In this document: positions 7,371-15,605 of the stretch, piece by piece
Layout: the number at the start of each line of letters is the position of its first letter
How positions within the stretch are numbered: position 1 is the first letter of the stretch
Source: a virus
Strand: one strand, 5' to 3'
DNA length: 44,007 nt
IMG/VR virus record: IMGVR_UViG_3300031578_000106
Coordinates: 1-44,007 of that record
The notes under the pieces: generated by a model
Seen by the model: the letters and a program-made list of their open reading frames with translations, nothing else
What the model was told of the DNA's origin: nothing
The model's database searches: none
Position numbers and translations under genes: made by a program

Positions 7371-7560
7371 TACAAATCCAGGCAACTTGTAACTTCAAGA
7401 CCTGGTCGGTAATAAACAAAGATTCAATACCAGCCTTTACCGGGGAAGGTTGCTTCGATCCTGAGTACATTTAGAATGTAAATTGAGTAATAAAAATAAG
7501 ATTACCGGGTAAAAGTTGTAACGTAACTAATTGAAAGTAACTATAAATAAACTTAAACAA

Positions 7561-7884
7561 ATGAAAAAACTACTATTGATTTTAATATTAATTTTTGCTG
7601 GCATAATATGTCAGGCACAAGAGAAACGAATTTATTATCGTCCAGATGCTATAAGGTCTGTTATAGATGAAATGTTTGATCAAATTTATCAAAGGGTTGA
7701 TTCATTGGAGAAACGAATTATAGAACTTGAAAATAACTGTTTAGTTATGGAAGTAGATTCTACTGCACATCACTATGGATCGTTTGAATATCCTGATTCA
7801 TTGATTCTTAAATATGAAAAATATAATAAAATTGTTTCTTATAAAAAACTGATTATTGATGACAAGATAAAGCATTTGAAATGA
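7561..7884 (+). CDS. Secreted hypothetical protein
   Basis: Signal peptide MKKLLLILILIFAGIICQAQ. The start is moved to the ATG at 7561, in frame with track ORF 7531. Confidence 0.6.
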   Translation: MKKLLLILILIFAGIICQAQEKRIYYRPDAIRSVIDEMFDQIYQRVDSLEKRIIELENNCLVMEVDSTAHHYGSFEYPDSLILKYEKYNKIVSYKKLIIDDKIKHLK

Positions 7885-7933
7885 TTGAGCTTTCTTTTCT
7901 TTTTCGGGGAATATTAATTAAACAATAGATAAA

Positions 7934-8356
7934 ATGGCAATACTTGCACAGGAATTGAGAATCGGAAATTGGGTACACCATAATACTGAATGGAATTATA
8001 AGATTGGATCAAATAATACCACTGCTACGACTTTTCATGAGTTCGATTTTCAATGGGATGAAACAGACTGGTATGCTTTAGGTGAATGTACGATGTTTTT
8101 GAAAAATATTAATCCTATTCTTTTAACCAAAGAATGGCTATTGAAGTTCGGGTTTAAATATAATGGAATGAATTGGGTTAAAGATAAATTACCAATGACT
8201 GATTTTCGTTATAATGTTAGTTTTACTTATTTCTATAAGGGCAAACTAAAGTGTAATAATATTTCTAACCCAATTAAATCTATTGAGATTGAATATGTTC
8301 ACCAGTTTCAGAATCTTTATTTTGCATTAACAGGAGAAGAACTAACAGTAACGTAA
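7934..8356 (+). CDS. Hypothetical protein
   Basis: ATG ORF of 140 aa. Confidence 0.6.
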   Translation: MAILAQELRIGNWVHHNTEWNYKIGSNNTTATTFHEFDFQWDETDWYALGECTMFLKNINPILLTKEWLLKFGFKYNGMNWVKDKLPMTDFRYNVSFTYFYKGKLKCNNISNPIKSIEIEYVHQFQNLYFALTGEELTVT

Positions 8357-8376
8357 CTAATTAAACAATAGATAAA

Positions 8377-8559
8377 ATGAGTAGTAAAGCACAATTTAAG
8401 GAAGCATTAAAAGGTGATAAGCAAATCATCAGAGAACTCAAAAAAGAAAATGCAAAATTACAGGAAAGACTTGAGTTAAGAGCAAAAATTATTGATATTC
8501 AGCACCATCAACTTTTGGAAAGATTGGAAAAGAAACGCTGGTGGCAGTTCTGGAAATAA
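8377..8559 (+). CDS. Hypothetical coiled-coil protein
   Basis: ATG ORF of 60 aa. Confidence 0.5.
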   Translation: MSSKAQFKEALKGDKQIIRELKKENAKLQERLELRAKIIDIQHHQLLERLEKKRWWQFWK

Positions 8560-8586
8560 CTATAAATAACCTTAATAAATAAACCA

Positions 8587-9000
8587 ATGAAAGAATTGAT
8601 TAAAGAAGTAGTTTTCAAAAAGGAAATTGATAGTAAGTTTGGCAAACTTTATTCCTTCAACGTAAAGTATGATGATAAGGTGGCTATTTACCGGTCAAAG
8701 TCCAAAGATCAGAAGAAATTCATTGCTGGGGAGGAAGCGGAATTCACAGAAGAAACGCAGACTTACACTGATAAACAGGGCAATCTTCAAGAATATTTTG
8801 TTATTAAACCAGTGATGCAAAACAGGCAGTCAAACTTTGGTAAGTCGCTCAGTAAAGAGAAAGCTCGTTACAGTGCTATGGCTGTCAGTTACGCAAAAGA
8901 CATGGTTTGTAATGGTAGGATACCAAAGGAGGATTTGAATGATCAGGCTTGGATACTTTTCGAGTTGATGAATGAAATGGATAAAACGCTGGAATCATGA
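8587..9000 (+). CDS. Hypothetical protein; possible ssDNA-binding partner of the exonuclease (by position only)
   Basis: 137 aa, overlaps the start of the YqaJ-like gene. I recognise no motif. Confidence 0.55.
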   Translation: MKELIKEVVFKKEIDSKFGKLYSFNVKYDDKVAIYRSKSKDQKKFIAGEEAEFTEETQTYTDKQGNLQEYFVIKPVMQNRQSNFGKSLSKEKARYSAMAVSYAKDMVCNGRIPKEDLNDQAWILFELMNEMDKTLES

Positions 9001-9620
9001 TAATTCATAATATAGAACAGCGCAGCGAAGCTTGGTATTGTGCTAAATGTGGACTTGTAACATCAACCAGGTTTAAATCTTTATGTGCAAAAGAAACAAC
9101 CGATTCTTATAAAGATTTGGTAACTAATTTAGCTTGTGAAATAATCACTGGTAAGATTGAAGAAACATATTCTAATACCTTAATGGAGCAGGCACTCGAA
9201 TTAGAACCCATTGCCAGACAAGAATATGAATGGATAACGGATATTCCAGTTAAGACAGTCGGATTTATCACACCGGATGAAGATCATAAATATCATAACT
9301 GGATTGGTGATTCTCCGGATGGACTTCTGCCTGAAGATGGAATACTTGAAATAAAATGTCCTTTAGCTCGGACACACTTTGAATATATTGAAGCAAATAA
9401 ACTACCTTCAGAATACCGGTATCAGGTGCAGGGTCATCTTTTCGTTACTGGGTTGAATTTTTGCGACTTTGTTTCTTTTGTTCCCGGCATGAAGTTATTC
9501 ATTAACAGAGTTGAACCTGACTTAGAACTCTTTGCCGAATTTGGGAGGCGACTTGATATTTTGATTCCGCAAGTTGAACAGAAATTATTAATGTACGAAC
9601 GATATAATATCTACGAATGA
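8997..9620 (+). CDS. YqaJ-like (lambda-exonuclease fold) recombination exonuclease
   Basis: GDSPDGLLPEDGILEIKCP matches the D...E-x-K PD-(D/E)XK core of YqaJ viral recombinases. Confidence 0.75.
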   Translation: MIIHNIEQRSEAWYCAKCGLVTSTRFKSLCAKETTDSYKDLVTNLACEIITGKIEETYSNTLMEQALELEPIARQEYEWITDIPVKTVGFITPDEDHKYHNWIGDSPDGLLPEDGILEIKCPLARTHFEYIEANKLPSEYRYQVQGHLFVTGLNFCDFVSFVPGMKLFINRVEPDLELFAEFGRRLDILIPQVEQKLLMYERYNIYE

Positions 9621-9976
9621 AAATATTTCAAATTCCTGCTGAATTAAAAAGATACAGATCAATGATCAATAAGATGCTTCAAATTTCCTTTGAGACATCA
9701 GAATTGACTCCTGAACAAATGGCGAATATCCACTGGTCACTTGATAAAGTTGGATTTTTGGCTTTCGCTCCTGATCCCTTCACTACTCAGGAACTTGATG
9801 AGATTGATAAGCTCAAAGTTGAATTCAATGATACTGGTAAACCACCCTCACAGAGATTGCGTGCAGTTTTGTTTTTATTATGGAAGCAAGACCCTGAAGG
9901 TTACAAGACTTCAAATGATCATTATATATCAAAGATGGAAACTCTTATTGAACATTTTAAAGGGAAATTAGCATGA
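9617..9976 (+). CDS. Hypothetical protein
   Basis: ATG ORF of 119 aa, coupled to the exonuclease gene. Confidence 0.6.
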   Translation: MKIFQIPAELKRYRSMINKMLQISFETSELTPEQMANIHWSLDKVGFLAFAPDPFTTQELDEIDKLKVEFNDTGKPPSQRLRAVLFLLWKQDPEGYKTSNDHYISKMETLIEHFKGKLA

Positions 9977-10146
9977 AAAAAGGAAATTGGAGAAATTTTT
10001 TTCCTGATACAAAATATTCTGATTTACTGATATGGATAAATGAACAGATATCGGGGAATTATACTAAAGAAGATAAGGAGAATAATGGAGCATTGGTTCT
10101 TAAAAATAAGATCAGCATAATCATTGAAATATTTGATAAAGATTAA
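9973..10146 (+). CDS. Hypothetical protein (57 aa; not in the ORF track)
   Basis: Hand translation begins MKKGNWRNFFPDTKYSDLLIWINEQ... The ATG overlaps the upstream TGA. Confidence 0.4.
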   Translation: MKKGNWRNFFPDTKYSDLLIWINEQISGNYTKEDKENNGALVLKNKISIIIEIFDKD

Positions 10147-10153
10147 GCTTAAA

Positions 10154-10558
10154 ATGAAAGCGAAATCCCTGCCTCAACTGATAGCTAAATGCCAATTGCT
10201 CTTCAATAAGTACGTCCGGGCCCGGGACCTGTCAGGAGACCATTTTAAATGTATTTCCTGCGGTCAGATCAAGTCGGAACGTTTCATGAACTGTGGACAC
10301 TACTATAACGTTGGGCACTACGCAGGACTTCGTTTCAATGAAGATAACGCACACGGGCAATGTAATCATTGTAATACGTTTCTGCATGGTAATCTGATTG
10401 AATACCGGGATAACCTCTTTATGAAAATCGGTGCTGAACGTTTTGAGAATTTGAAACTTAAAGCTTTGTATTACAAACGGAGCGGGCACAAATTTAGTCG
10501 TTTCGAGGTGATACAGAAAATTGAAGAGTTAATGCGGAAATTAAAAGAATTGAAATGA
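10154..10558 (+). CDS. ninG: NinG/Rap-family recombination protein
   Basis: FNKYVRARD...CISCGQ...GHYYNVGHYAGLRFNEDNAHGQCNHCN..LHGNLIEYRDNL matches the lambda NinG pattern. The start is moved to the ATG at 10154. Confidence 0.8.
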   Translation: MKAKSLPQLIAKCQLLFNKYVRARDLSGDHFKCISCGQIKSERFMNCGHYYNVGHYAGLRFNEDNAHGQCNHCNTFLHGNLIEYRDNLFMKIGAERFENLKLKALYYKRSGHKFSRFEVIQKIEELMRKLKELK

Positions 10559-11379
10559 AATTATTGAGAATATTTCCACGTAAAACAAATGCTACACCTA
10601 TTGATGAAAATGTAATTATCAACAGGATGCCAAATTTATTTGATGAAGCAGATCAAATTCATATTTCCGTTGCTTTTAGTTGGGATATTCCGATAGCCGA
10701 AAAACTTTATAAAGAATGGTATTTTGTTGCACCAATTAAAATAGGTGGACCTGCCTTTAATGAACCAGGGGATGAATTTGAACCCGGAATGTATTTAAAG
10801 CAAGGATATACAATTACATCAAGAGGATGTCAGAATAAATGTTGGTTTTGTTCAGTATGGAAAAGAGAACCAGAATTGAAAGAATTGCAAATAAAAGACG
10901 GATGGAATGTTTTAGACGATAATTTATTGCAATGTTCAGAAAATCATATTCGGAAAGTATTTGAAATGCTTAAAAGGCAAAATCATAAACCGAGATTTAC
11001 CGGTGGTTTGGAGGCAAATTTATTAACAGAAGAAAGAGCAAAACAATTAAAAGAATTAAGACCAGAAGCATTATATTTTGCTTATGATACACCGAATGAT
11101 TTGGATTCCCTGATAAATGCGGGATCCATTTTAAAAAATGTTGGATTTGGCAAATCACATGATATGATGTGTTATGTTTTAATTGGTTATCCGAATGATA
11201 CAATCGAAAAGGCTAAAAAAAGAATTGCACAGACCGTCTATGCAGGATTTATGCCTTTTGCAATGCGTTATAGAGATGAGAAGGGATTGGTTTTAAAAGA
11301 AAGAAAATGGAATTTATTTCAACGCGAATGGACAAATCCAATTATTTGTGCTGCAAATTGTAAAAAATTAAAAAATTGA
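10555..11379 (+). CDS. Radical SAM domain protein
   Basis: CX3CX2C cluster motif in TSRGCQNKCWFCSVW. 274 aa. Confidence 0.6.
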   Translation: MKLLRIFPRKTNATPIDENVIINRMPNLFDEADQIHISVAFSWDIPIAEKLYKEWYFVAPIKIGGPAFNEPGDEFEPGMYLKQGYTITSRGCQNKCWFCSVWKREPELKELQIKDGWNVLDDNLLQCSENHIRKVFEMLKRQNHKPRFTGGLEANLLTEERAKQLKELRPEALYFAYDTPNDLDSLINAGSILKNVGFGKSHDMMCYVLIGYPNDTIEKAKKRIAQTVYAGFMPFAMRYRDEKGLVLKERKWNLFQREWTNPIICAANCKKLKN

Positions 11380-11380
11380 A

Positions 11381-11560
11381 ATGACAACTTACTATCAAAT
11401 ATTAGTCCGTGGAAGACCAATGAAGCCTACTCAGGGTGCTCCTTATGAGTTTAGTACCTATCAGGAGGCCCTGGATATGGTCAGTATGTGTTACGGCTTA
11501 GAATCGCTTAAAAAGGACGTGGAGATAATAGAAGTAAATCCGTATTTGAAGATAAAATAA
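11381..11560 (+). CDS. Hypothetical protein (59 aa; not in the ORF track)
   Basis: Hand translation begins MTTYYQILVRGRPMKPTQGAPYEFSTYQEALDMVSMCYGLES... Confidence 0.45.
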   Translation: MTTYYQILVRGRPMKPTQGAPYEFSTYQEALDMVSMCYGLESLKKDVEIIEVNPYLKIK

Positions 11561-11565
11561 CTAAT

Positions 11566-11853
11566 ATGAAAGAATATCCAGATACAAGAGATTTAATGAT
11601 TATCAAAGAATGGGATGCTATTAAAGATCCATTTGGGCTAATAGAATTTATCGAATCTGTTACATGGACTCCCGATTGGTGTATAGAAATAAGAGGGAAA
11701 CATATAAAGTGGTTTGAATTTCATACAGCGGGTTGGTCTGGTAATGAGGAAATAATTGAAGCACTAAGAGAAAATCAAATGTTCTTTGCCCTTTATTGGA
11801 AAAAAACTTACAAGGGAGGGCATTACTATTTTAAAGTTTATAAACTTAAATAA
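11566..11853 (+). CDS. Hypothetical protein
   Basis: ATG ORF of 95 aa. Confidence 0.6.
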   Translation: MKEYPDTRDLMIIKEWDAIKDPFGLIEFIESVTWTPDWCIEIRGKHIKWFEFHTAGWSGNEEIIEALRENQMFFALYWKKTYKGGHYYFKVYKLK

Positions 11854-11861
11854 TTAAAACG

Positions 11862-12047
11862 ATGGCACAGAGAAAAGTATTTGTAAGTAAAGCTGGTATT
11901 GAATTAGCAGCAATGGTAACGAATGACAATGAATTGTCGTTGGAAATCAAAGACGGTGAAGATAAATTAGCTATTTTCCTGGAAGCAGATGATACCGCAG
12001 ATCTGATTCGGGAGTTGCAGAAGATCAAAAAGATTATTGCAAAATAG
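11862..12047 (+). CDS. Hypothetical protein
   Basis: ATG ORF of 61 aa. Confidence 0.5.
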   Translation: MAQRKVFVSKAGIELAAMVTNDNELSLEIKDGEDKLAIFLEADDTADLIRELQKIKKIIAK

Positions 12048-12129
12048 TGGTATTTAATAAATAAGTTGCAATTTTCATTGAAAATCTCAGAAATTCATGA
12101 ATTTAAACAATGTTGATTTCTAAATATCG

Positions 12130-12577
12130 CATTAAATGGGCATTTGCGAAAAGCAAAAACATCAAAAAAATAAAGTTCTTTGATATCCAATATACTTTTA
12201 AAAAAACTTCAGGAACCAAAAAGTTATTTCTTCTTGGCAATACTTTTTGAAAAAGTTCAAAGTTAAAAAAGTTATTCTTTGGCTCACGGACTTTTCAAAA
12301 AAGTTCAAAAGTAAAAGATTGTATCTCTAAAACTCAGAAGGTTTTGAAAAGTCCAAAAGTAAAAGATTGTATCTTCAAAACTTGAAAGGTTTTAAAAAGT
12401 TTGAAATTTAAAAAGTATAACTTCAAAAGTTGCAATCTCAAAAAAAGTTTGAAAATCAAAAAGTATATCTCTGAGAAAAAAACTTTTTAAAAAAGTTTCA
12501 TTTTAAAAAAGTATAGATTACTTCGCTGAACTTTACAAAAATTGATAAATTTGAACGTCGCAAATGCCCATTAAATG
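12130..12577. repeat. Iteron array A: about 8 units of roughly 48 bp, bounded by inverted 19-nt boxes
   Basis: Each unit is approximately AAAAGTTAT(T/A)CTTT + N9 + palindrome ACTTTTTAAAAAAGTT + N7. The boxes are cattaaatgggcatttgcg (12130-12148, reverse orientation) and cgcaaatgcccattaaatg (12559-12577). Confidence 0.85.
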
Positions 12578-12690
12578 TCAACTCTTAAAATTGAAATATT
12601 CGTAATTTATGATTTTTACAGAAAAAAACAGAACTTTTAAAAGATTTCCTGAAATAGTTGTATTTAATAAATAATTTTAAAAATAAGTTG

Positions 12691-12835
12691 TATCTTCGTA
12701 CCGTAATACGAGTGACATGAATAGTAAAATTCTTATTATTAACAATACTGCCTCCGGGCAGAAGATACCACAGAGGTTGCGGTCACTCGTTCCTGATGTG
12801 GTTTTTCTTTTGCTCTGGGGGCTTAATTTTTAATA
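12691..12835 (+). promoter_or_regulatory. Near-consensus -7 element (TATCTTCG) plus a structured leader, upstream of 12836
   Basis: TATCTTCG at 12691-12698. A 9-bp long-range helix pairs acgagtgac 12708-12716 with gtcactcgt 12782-12790, enclosing hairpin ctgcc/ggcag (12748-12761). Confidence 0.4.
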
Positions 12836-13531
12836 GTGGCTAAAAGATTTATTGATACCGGCTTTTTAGATCAGAAATGGATAAGAAAATTAACTCCAGA
12901 GAAAAAGATATTTCTTATTTATTTGATGCTTAAATGTGATAATGGAGGTATCATTGAATTAGATATTGAAGATATTGAATTTTGGGTTGGTAAAAAAATT
13001 GGTAATCTGGACTTTTTACCTGAAAATTATTTGATACAATTGAATAATTCAAGTAAATATTTTATGCCGAAATTTATTGAATGGCAATATAAAGATTTAA
13101 CTTCTCAAAAATATATAGTTGTTCAGGCAAGACAAATACTTGAAAAACATGGACTTATAAATGATGATTTTACATTAAATTTAGATAAAAGTTACATAAA
13201 AGTTACAAAAGAGTTTCCTGAAAGTCAGGAAACAGGTATAAGTAATGGTAATGGTATAGGTAATGGTAAAGAAAAGAGTGAAGAATTGTTAAAGAAGAGA
13301 GAAGATGCTTTTAAATTGGATGTTTCTATATTCTCCGGCAATTATTCACAAGAGATGCTTCAAAAGTTTGTAAATTACTGGACTGAGAAAAACAAAAGTA
13401 AAACAAAGATGCGTTTTGAGTTGGAAAAAACATTTGAAATAAATAAACGTTTGGCGACATGGGCAGGCAGGGATAGGGATATTCTTAAAACAAGCAAATT
13501 TGAGCCTAAAATAAGCACTAAATATTTGTAA
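12836..13531 (+). CDS. Putative replication initiator / replisome-organizer-like protein
   Basis: GTG start. The N-terminus RFIDTGFLDQKWIRKLTPEKKIFLIYLMLKCDNGGII resembles phage replisome-organizer N-domains. Lies directly downstream of iteron array A. Confidence 0.4.
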   Translation: MAKRFIDTGFLDQKWIRKLTPEKKIFLIYLMLKCDNGGIIELDIEDIEFWVGKKIGNLDFLPENYLIQLNNSSKYFMPKFIEWQYKDLTSQKYIVVQARQILEKHGLINDDFTLNLDKSYIKVTKEFPESQETGISNGNGIGNGKEKSEELLKKREDAFKLDVSIFSGNYSQEMLQKFVNYWTEKNKSKTKMRFELEKTFEINKRLATWAGRDRDILKTSKFEPKISTKYL

Positions 13532-13532
13532 C

Positions 13533-14063
13533 ATGGAGAAAGACGAAAAATATCAGATGTATGCAAATGACCTTGTAATAAATGTACCTATTGACATTTT
13601 GAAGCAACTCATAAACTTATTCATGTTTGAGTCAGCTATTAATATGGGTTGTGAAGTTAACGACAAAACACTCGAAAGGACTATTTACTACATCCAGAAG
13701 GATTATGGTTATATTCCTGTTAGTTATGTTGCTTCTGCATTCATTCAGGGATCACTTGGTAAATTGCCTTATGCTGTCGGGATGACAAAACTTGTACCTA
13801 AAACTATACATTACTGGTTGGGGGAAGTGAGTATGGAGTATAACAGGGCAATAGCTAAGAAGAAGCAGAAGGATCGGGAGTCGGATGTGGCTATTGCTTA
13901 TGATCTGCATAAATATCCACTGGGACAAGCAATAATACAAAAAATTAGGTGGCATAAAGAGGGGAAATTGGATGGTGATGCTTGGGATCATGTGGAATTA
14001 AAGAAGCTTGCTGAGGCTATTGCGAGGAAGGAAGAGATAACGTTTGATAAATTTTACAAATAG
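13533..14063 (+). CDS. Hypothetical protein
   Basis: ATG ORF of 176 aa. Confidence 0.65.
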   Translation: MEKDEKYQMYANDLVINVPIDILKQLINLFMFESAINMGCEVNDKTLERTIYYIQKDYGYIPVSYVASAFIQGSLGKLPYAVGMTKLVPKTIHYWLGEVSMEYNRAIAKKKQKDRESDVAIAYDLHKYPLGQAIIQKIRWHKEGKLDGDAWDHVELKKLAEAIARKEEITFDKFYK

Positions 14064-14065
14064 TT

Positions 14066-14482
14066 ATGGAAAATTATGAATTAAATATCAATGCGCCACC
14101 AAAACGTATTAATAACTGGTTTTCAAAAGGTCATGTTCCTTTCAATAAAGGGAAGAAATGGACTGAATGGATGGATGGCAGAAAACAGAAGAAAGTTAAA
14201 AAATGTCTTAAGCTTGGACGAGGTAATTATAATTTACCTGGTGCTAACCGAAGGGCTGTTGTAGCTATTAAAGATGGCAAACTGGTAGCATATAGGAGTG
14301 CAACGGATGCAGCTGCTATATTAAAAGCCAGAGGAGTAAAAATTAACAGACGAAATATTTGCGCTGTTTGTCACGGGGAAAAATTCACAAATGGTAAATA
14401 TAGTTATGTAAGAAAGAAGGCCGGGGGCTATACATGGCACTTTGCAGATGATACACAAAAATATAATCATTTAGTACAATAA
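14066..14482 (+). CDS. DNA-binding protein with NUMOD-like motifs (no nuclease domain seen)
   Basis: GHVPFNKGKK and AYRSATDAAAILKARGVKINRRNI...GGYTWHF resemble the DNA-binding modules of homing endonucleases. Confidence 0.45.
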   Translation: MENYELNINAPPKRINNWFSKGHVPFNKGKKWTEWMDGRKQKKVKKCLKLGRGNYNLPGANRRAVVAIKDGKLVAYRSATDAAAILKARGVKINRRNICAVCHGEKFTNGKYSYVRKKAGGYTWHFADDTQKYNHLVQ

Positions 14483-14484
14483 TT

Positions 14485-14769
14485 ATGATTTTACTTAAAT
14501 TCACACACGGCATTGAGCTTCTTATTGCTGCTCTGCTGTTGAGCTTCATTGTTATTTACATCTGTTATTGGCTTGGTGACAGGCAAAACAAGAAGGACTA
14601 TGAGAAAGCGTATAACTACCTTAAATTTCTGGTTGAGCATTCAGTTGTCAATGCTCCGACAAAGAAAGCTATCAAGGAGAAGTTTGATGAGATAAGCACG
14701 TATTCTTGTAAGAACTATGAGAAACTACAAGTACTGGAGAAGGCGTTTATTCAGAAATTTGCGAAATAA
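14485..14769 (+). CDS. Membrane-anchored hypothetical protein
   Basis: N-terminal TM segment (IELLIAALLLSFIVIYICYWL). Confidence 0.55.
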   Translation: MILLKFTHGIELLIAALLLSFIVIYICYWLGDRQNKKDYEKAYNYLKFLVEHSVVNAPTKKAIKEKFDEISTYSCKNYEKLQVLEKAFIQKFAK

Positions 14770-14777
14770 TTAGTATC

Positions 14778-15149
14778 ATGGACACAAAAAACGAATTATT
14801 TAAAAAGGTTTACATTAAGACCAAAGCTGATTTACCGAAAGGTGAAAGGGCAATATATTTTGTAGGAGTTAAAGATAATTTGAATCCTGAAGATATATAT
14901 GAATGGTTTATTTATGAAAATCCTATAATGTCTGATAATCAGGCTGAATATTGGCTCAATACATTTGACTGGTATCTTCAACCTATTGAGGAGCAGGAAG
15001 AAAAATCTATTGAAAAGCAGGAATATAATTTACCTCCATTTAATTTTTGTCCCGGATGTGGTAAAGATTGGGAGTTTGACTCAGATGAATTTGGTTGCTG
15101 GTCATGTGGATATAGTAAGGTTAAAATTACAATGATACCAGAAAAATAA
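14778..15149 (+). CDS. Hypothetical zinc-ribbon protein
   Basis: CPGCG...CWSCG pairs. Confidence 0.6.
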   Translation: MDTKNELFKKVYIKTKADLPKGERAIYFVGVKDNLNPEDIYEWFIYENPIMSDNQAEYWLNTFDWYLQPIEEQEEKSIEKQEYNLPPFNFCPGCGKDWEFDSDEFGCWSCGYSKVKITMIPEK

Positions 15150-15162
15150 ATCAAAATAACCA

Positions 15163-15573
15163 ATGAACACAAAAGACAAGTTGATTGAAAAGCTGAAAGA
15201 ATTAATTGGATATTTTGAAATAAATTATATTCCAACCGGGATCATTTATAGACAGTGGTATAATGAAATTATAAAATATCTTCCGAGTCCTATTAAAGCA
15301 AGTCCGGGTTCGAATTTTCAACCTGTTCATGCAAAAAATATAATTCGCAAACTTAAATCAGAGATTGCCGCACTTGACAAGCAGGTTGAGGAGCAGGAAT
15401 CAAAGAGATTAACTGATGCGGAAATCACAGCAAGGGCAAAGATTTATGCAAGAGATCACAGTGAGGCACCTGATAAAGATTGTCCTGTGTGGATTGAGCA
15501 TGATTATTGTGCTGGTGCTGTTATGGCGAGGGAATTTTATACAGGTGTAATTCAGGACTTGGGGAAGGAGTAG
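15163..15573 (+). CDS. Hypothetical coiled-coil protein, paralog of 4779..5057
   Basis: Shares KDKLIEKLKE and EIAALDKQVEE. Preceded by ataaccaATG. Confidence 0.6.
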   Translation: MNTKDKLIEKLKELIGYFEINYIPTGIIYRQWYNEIIKYLPSPIKASPGSNFQPVHAKNIIRKLKSEIAALDKQVEEQESKRLTDAEITARAKIYARDHSEAPDKDCPVWIEHDYCAGAVMAREFYTGVIQDLGKE

Positions 15574-15605
15574 GAATTAAAACTATTAAAATAAAATAAA
15601 ATAAA

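Noticed and set aside
12130-12577. CRISPR-like or coding interpretation of the ~48-bp arrays (also 18141-18742, and minus ORFs 18124..18336 and 18643..18957).
   Set aside because: The repeats are degenerate A/T-tract palindromes without a repeat/spacer alternation. The overlapping ORFs are low-complexity artefacts of the repeats.
15306-15315. T-loop-like gggttcgaat, suggesting a tRNA.
   Set aside because: It lies inside CDS 15163..15573, and no acceptor, D-arm or anticodon-arm pairing can be drawn around it. No tRNA was recognised anywhere in the window.
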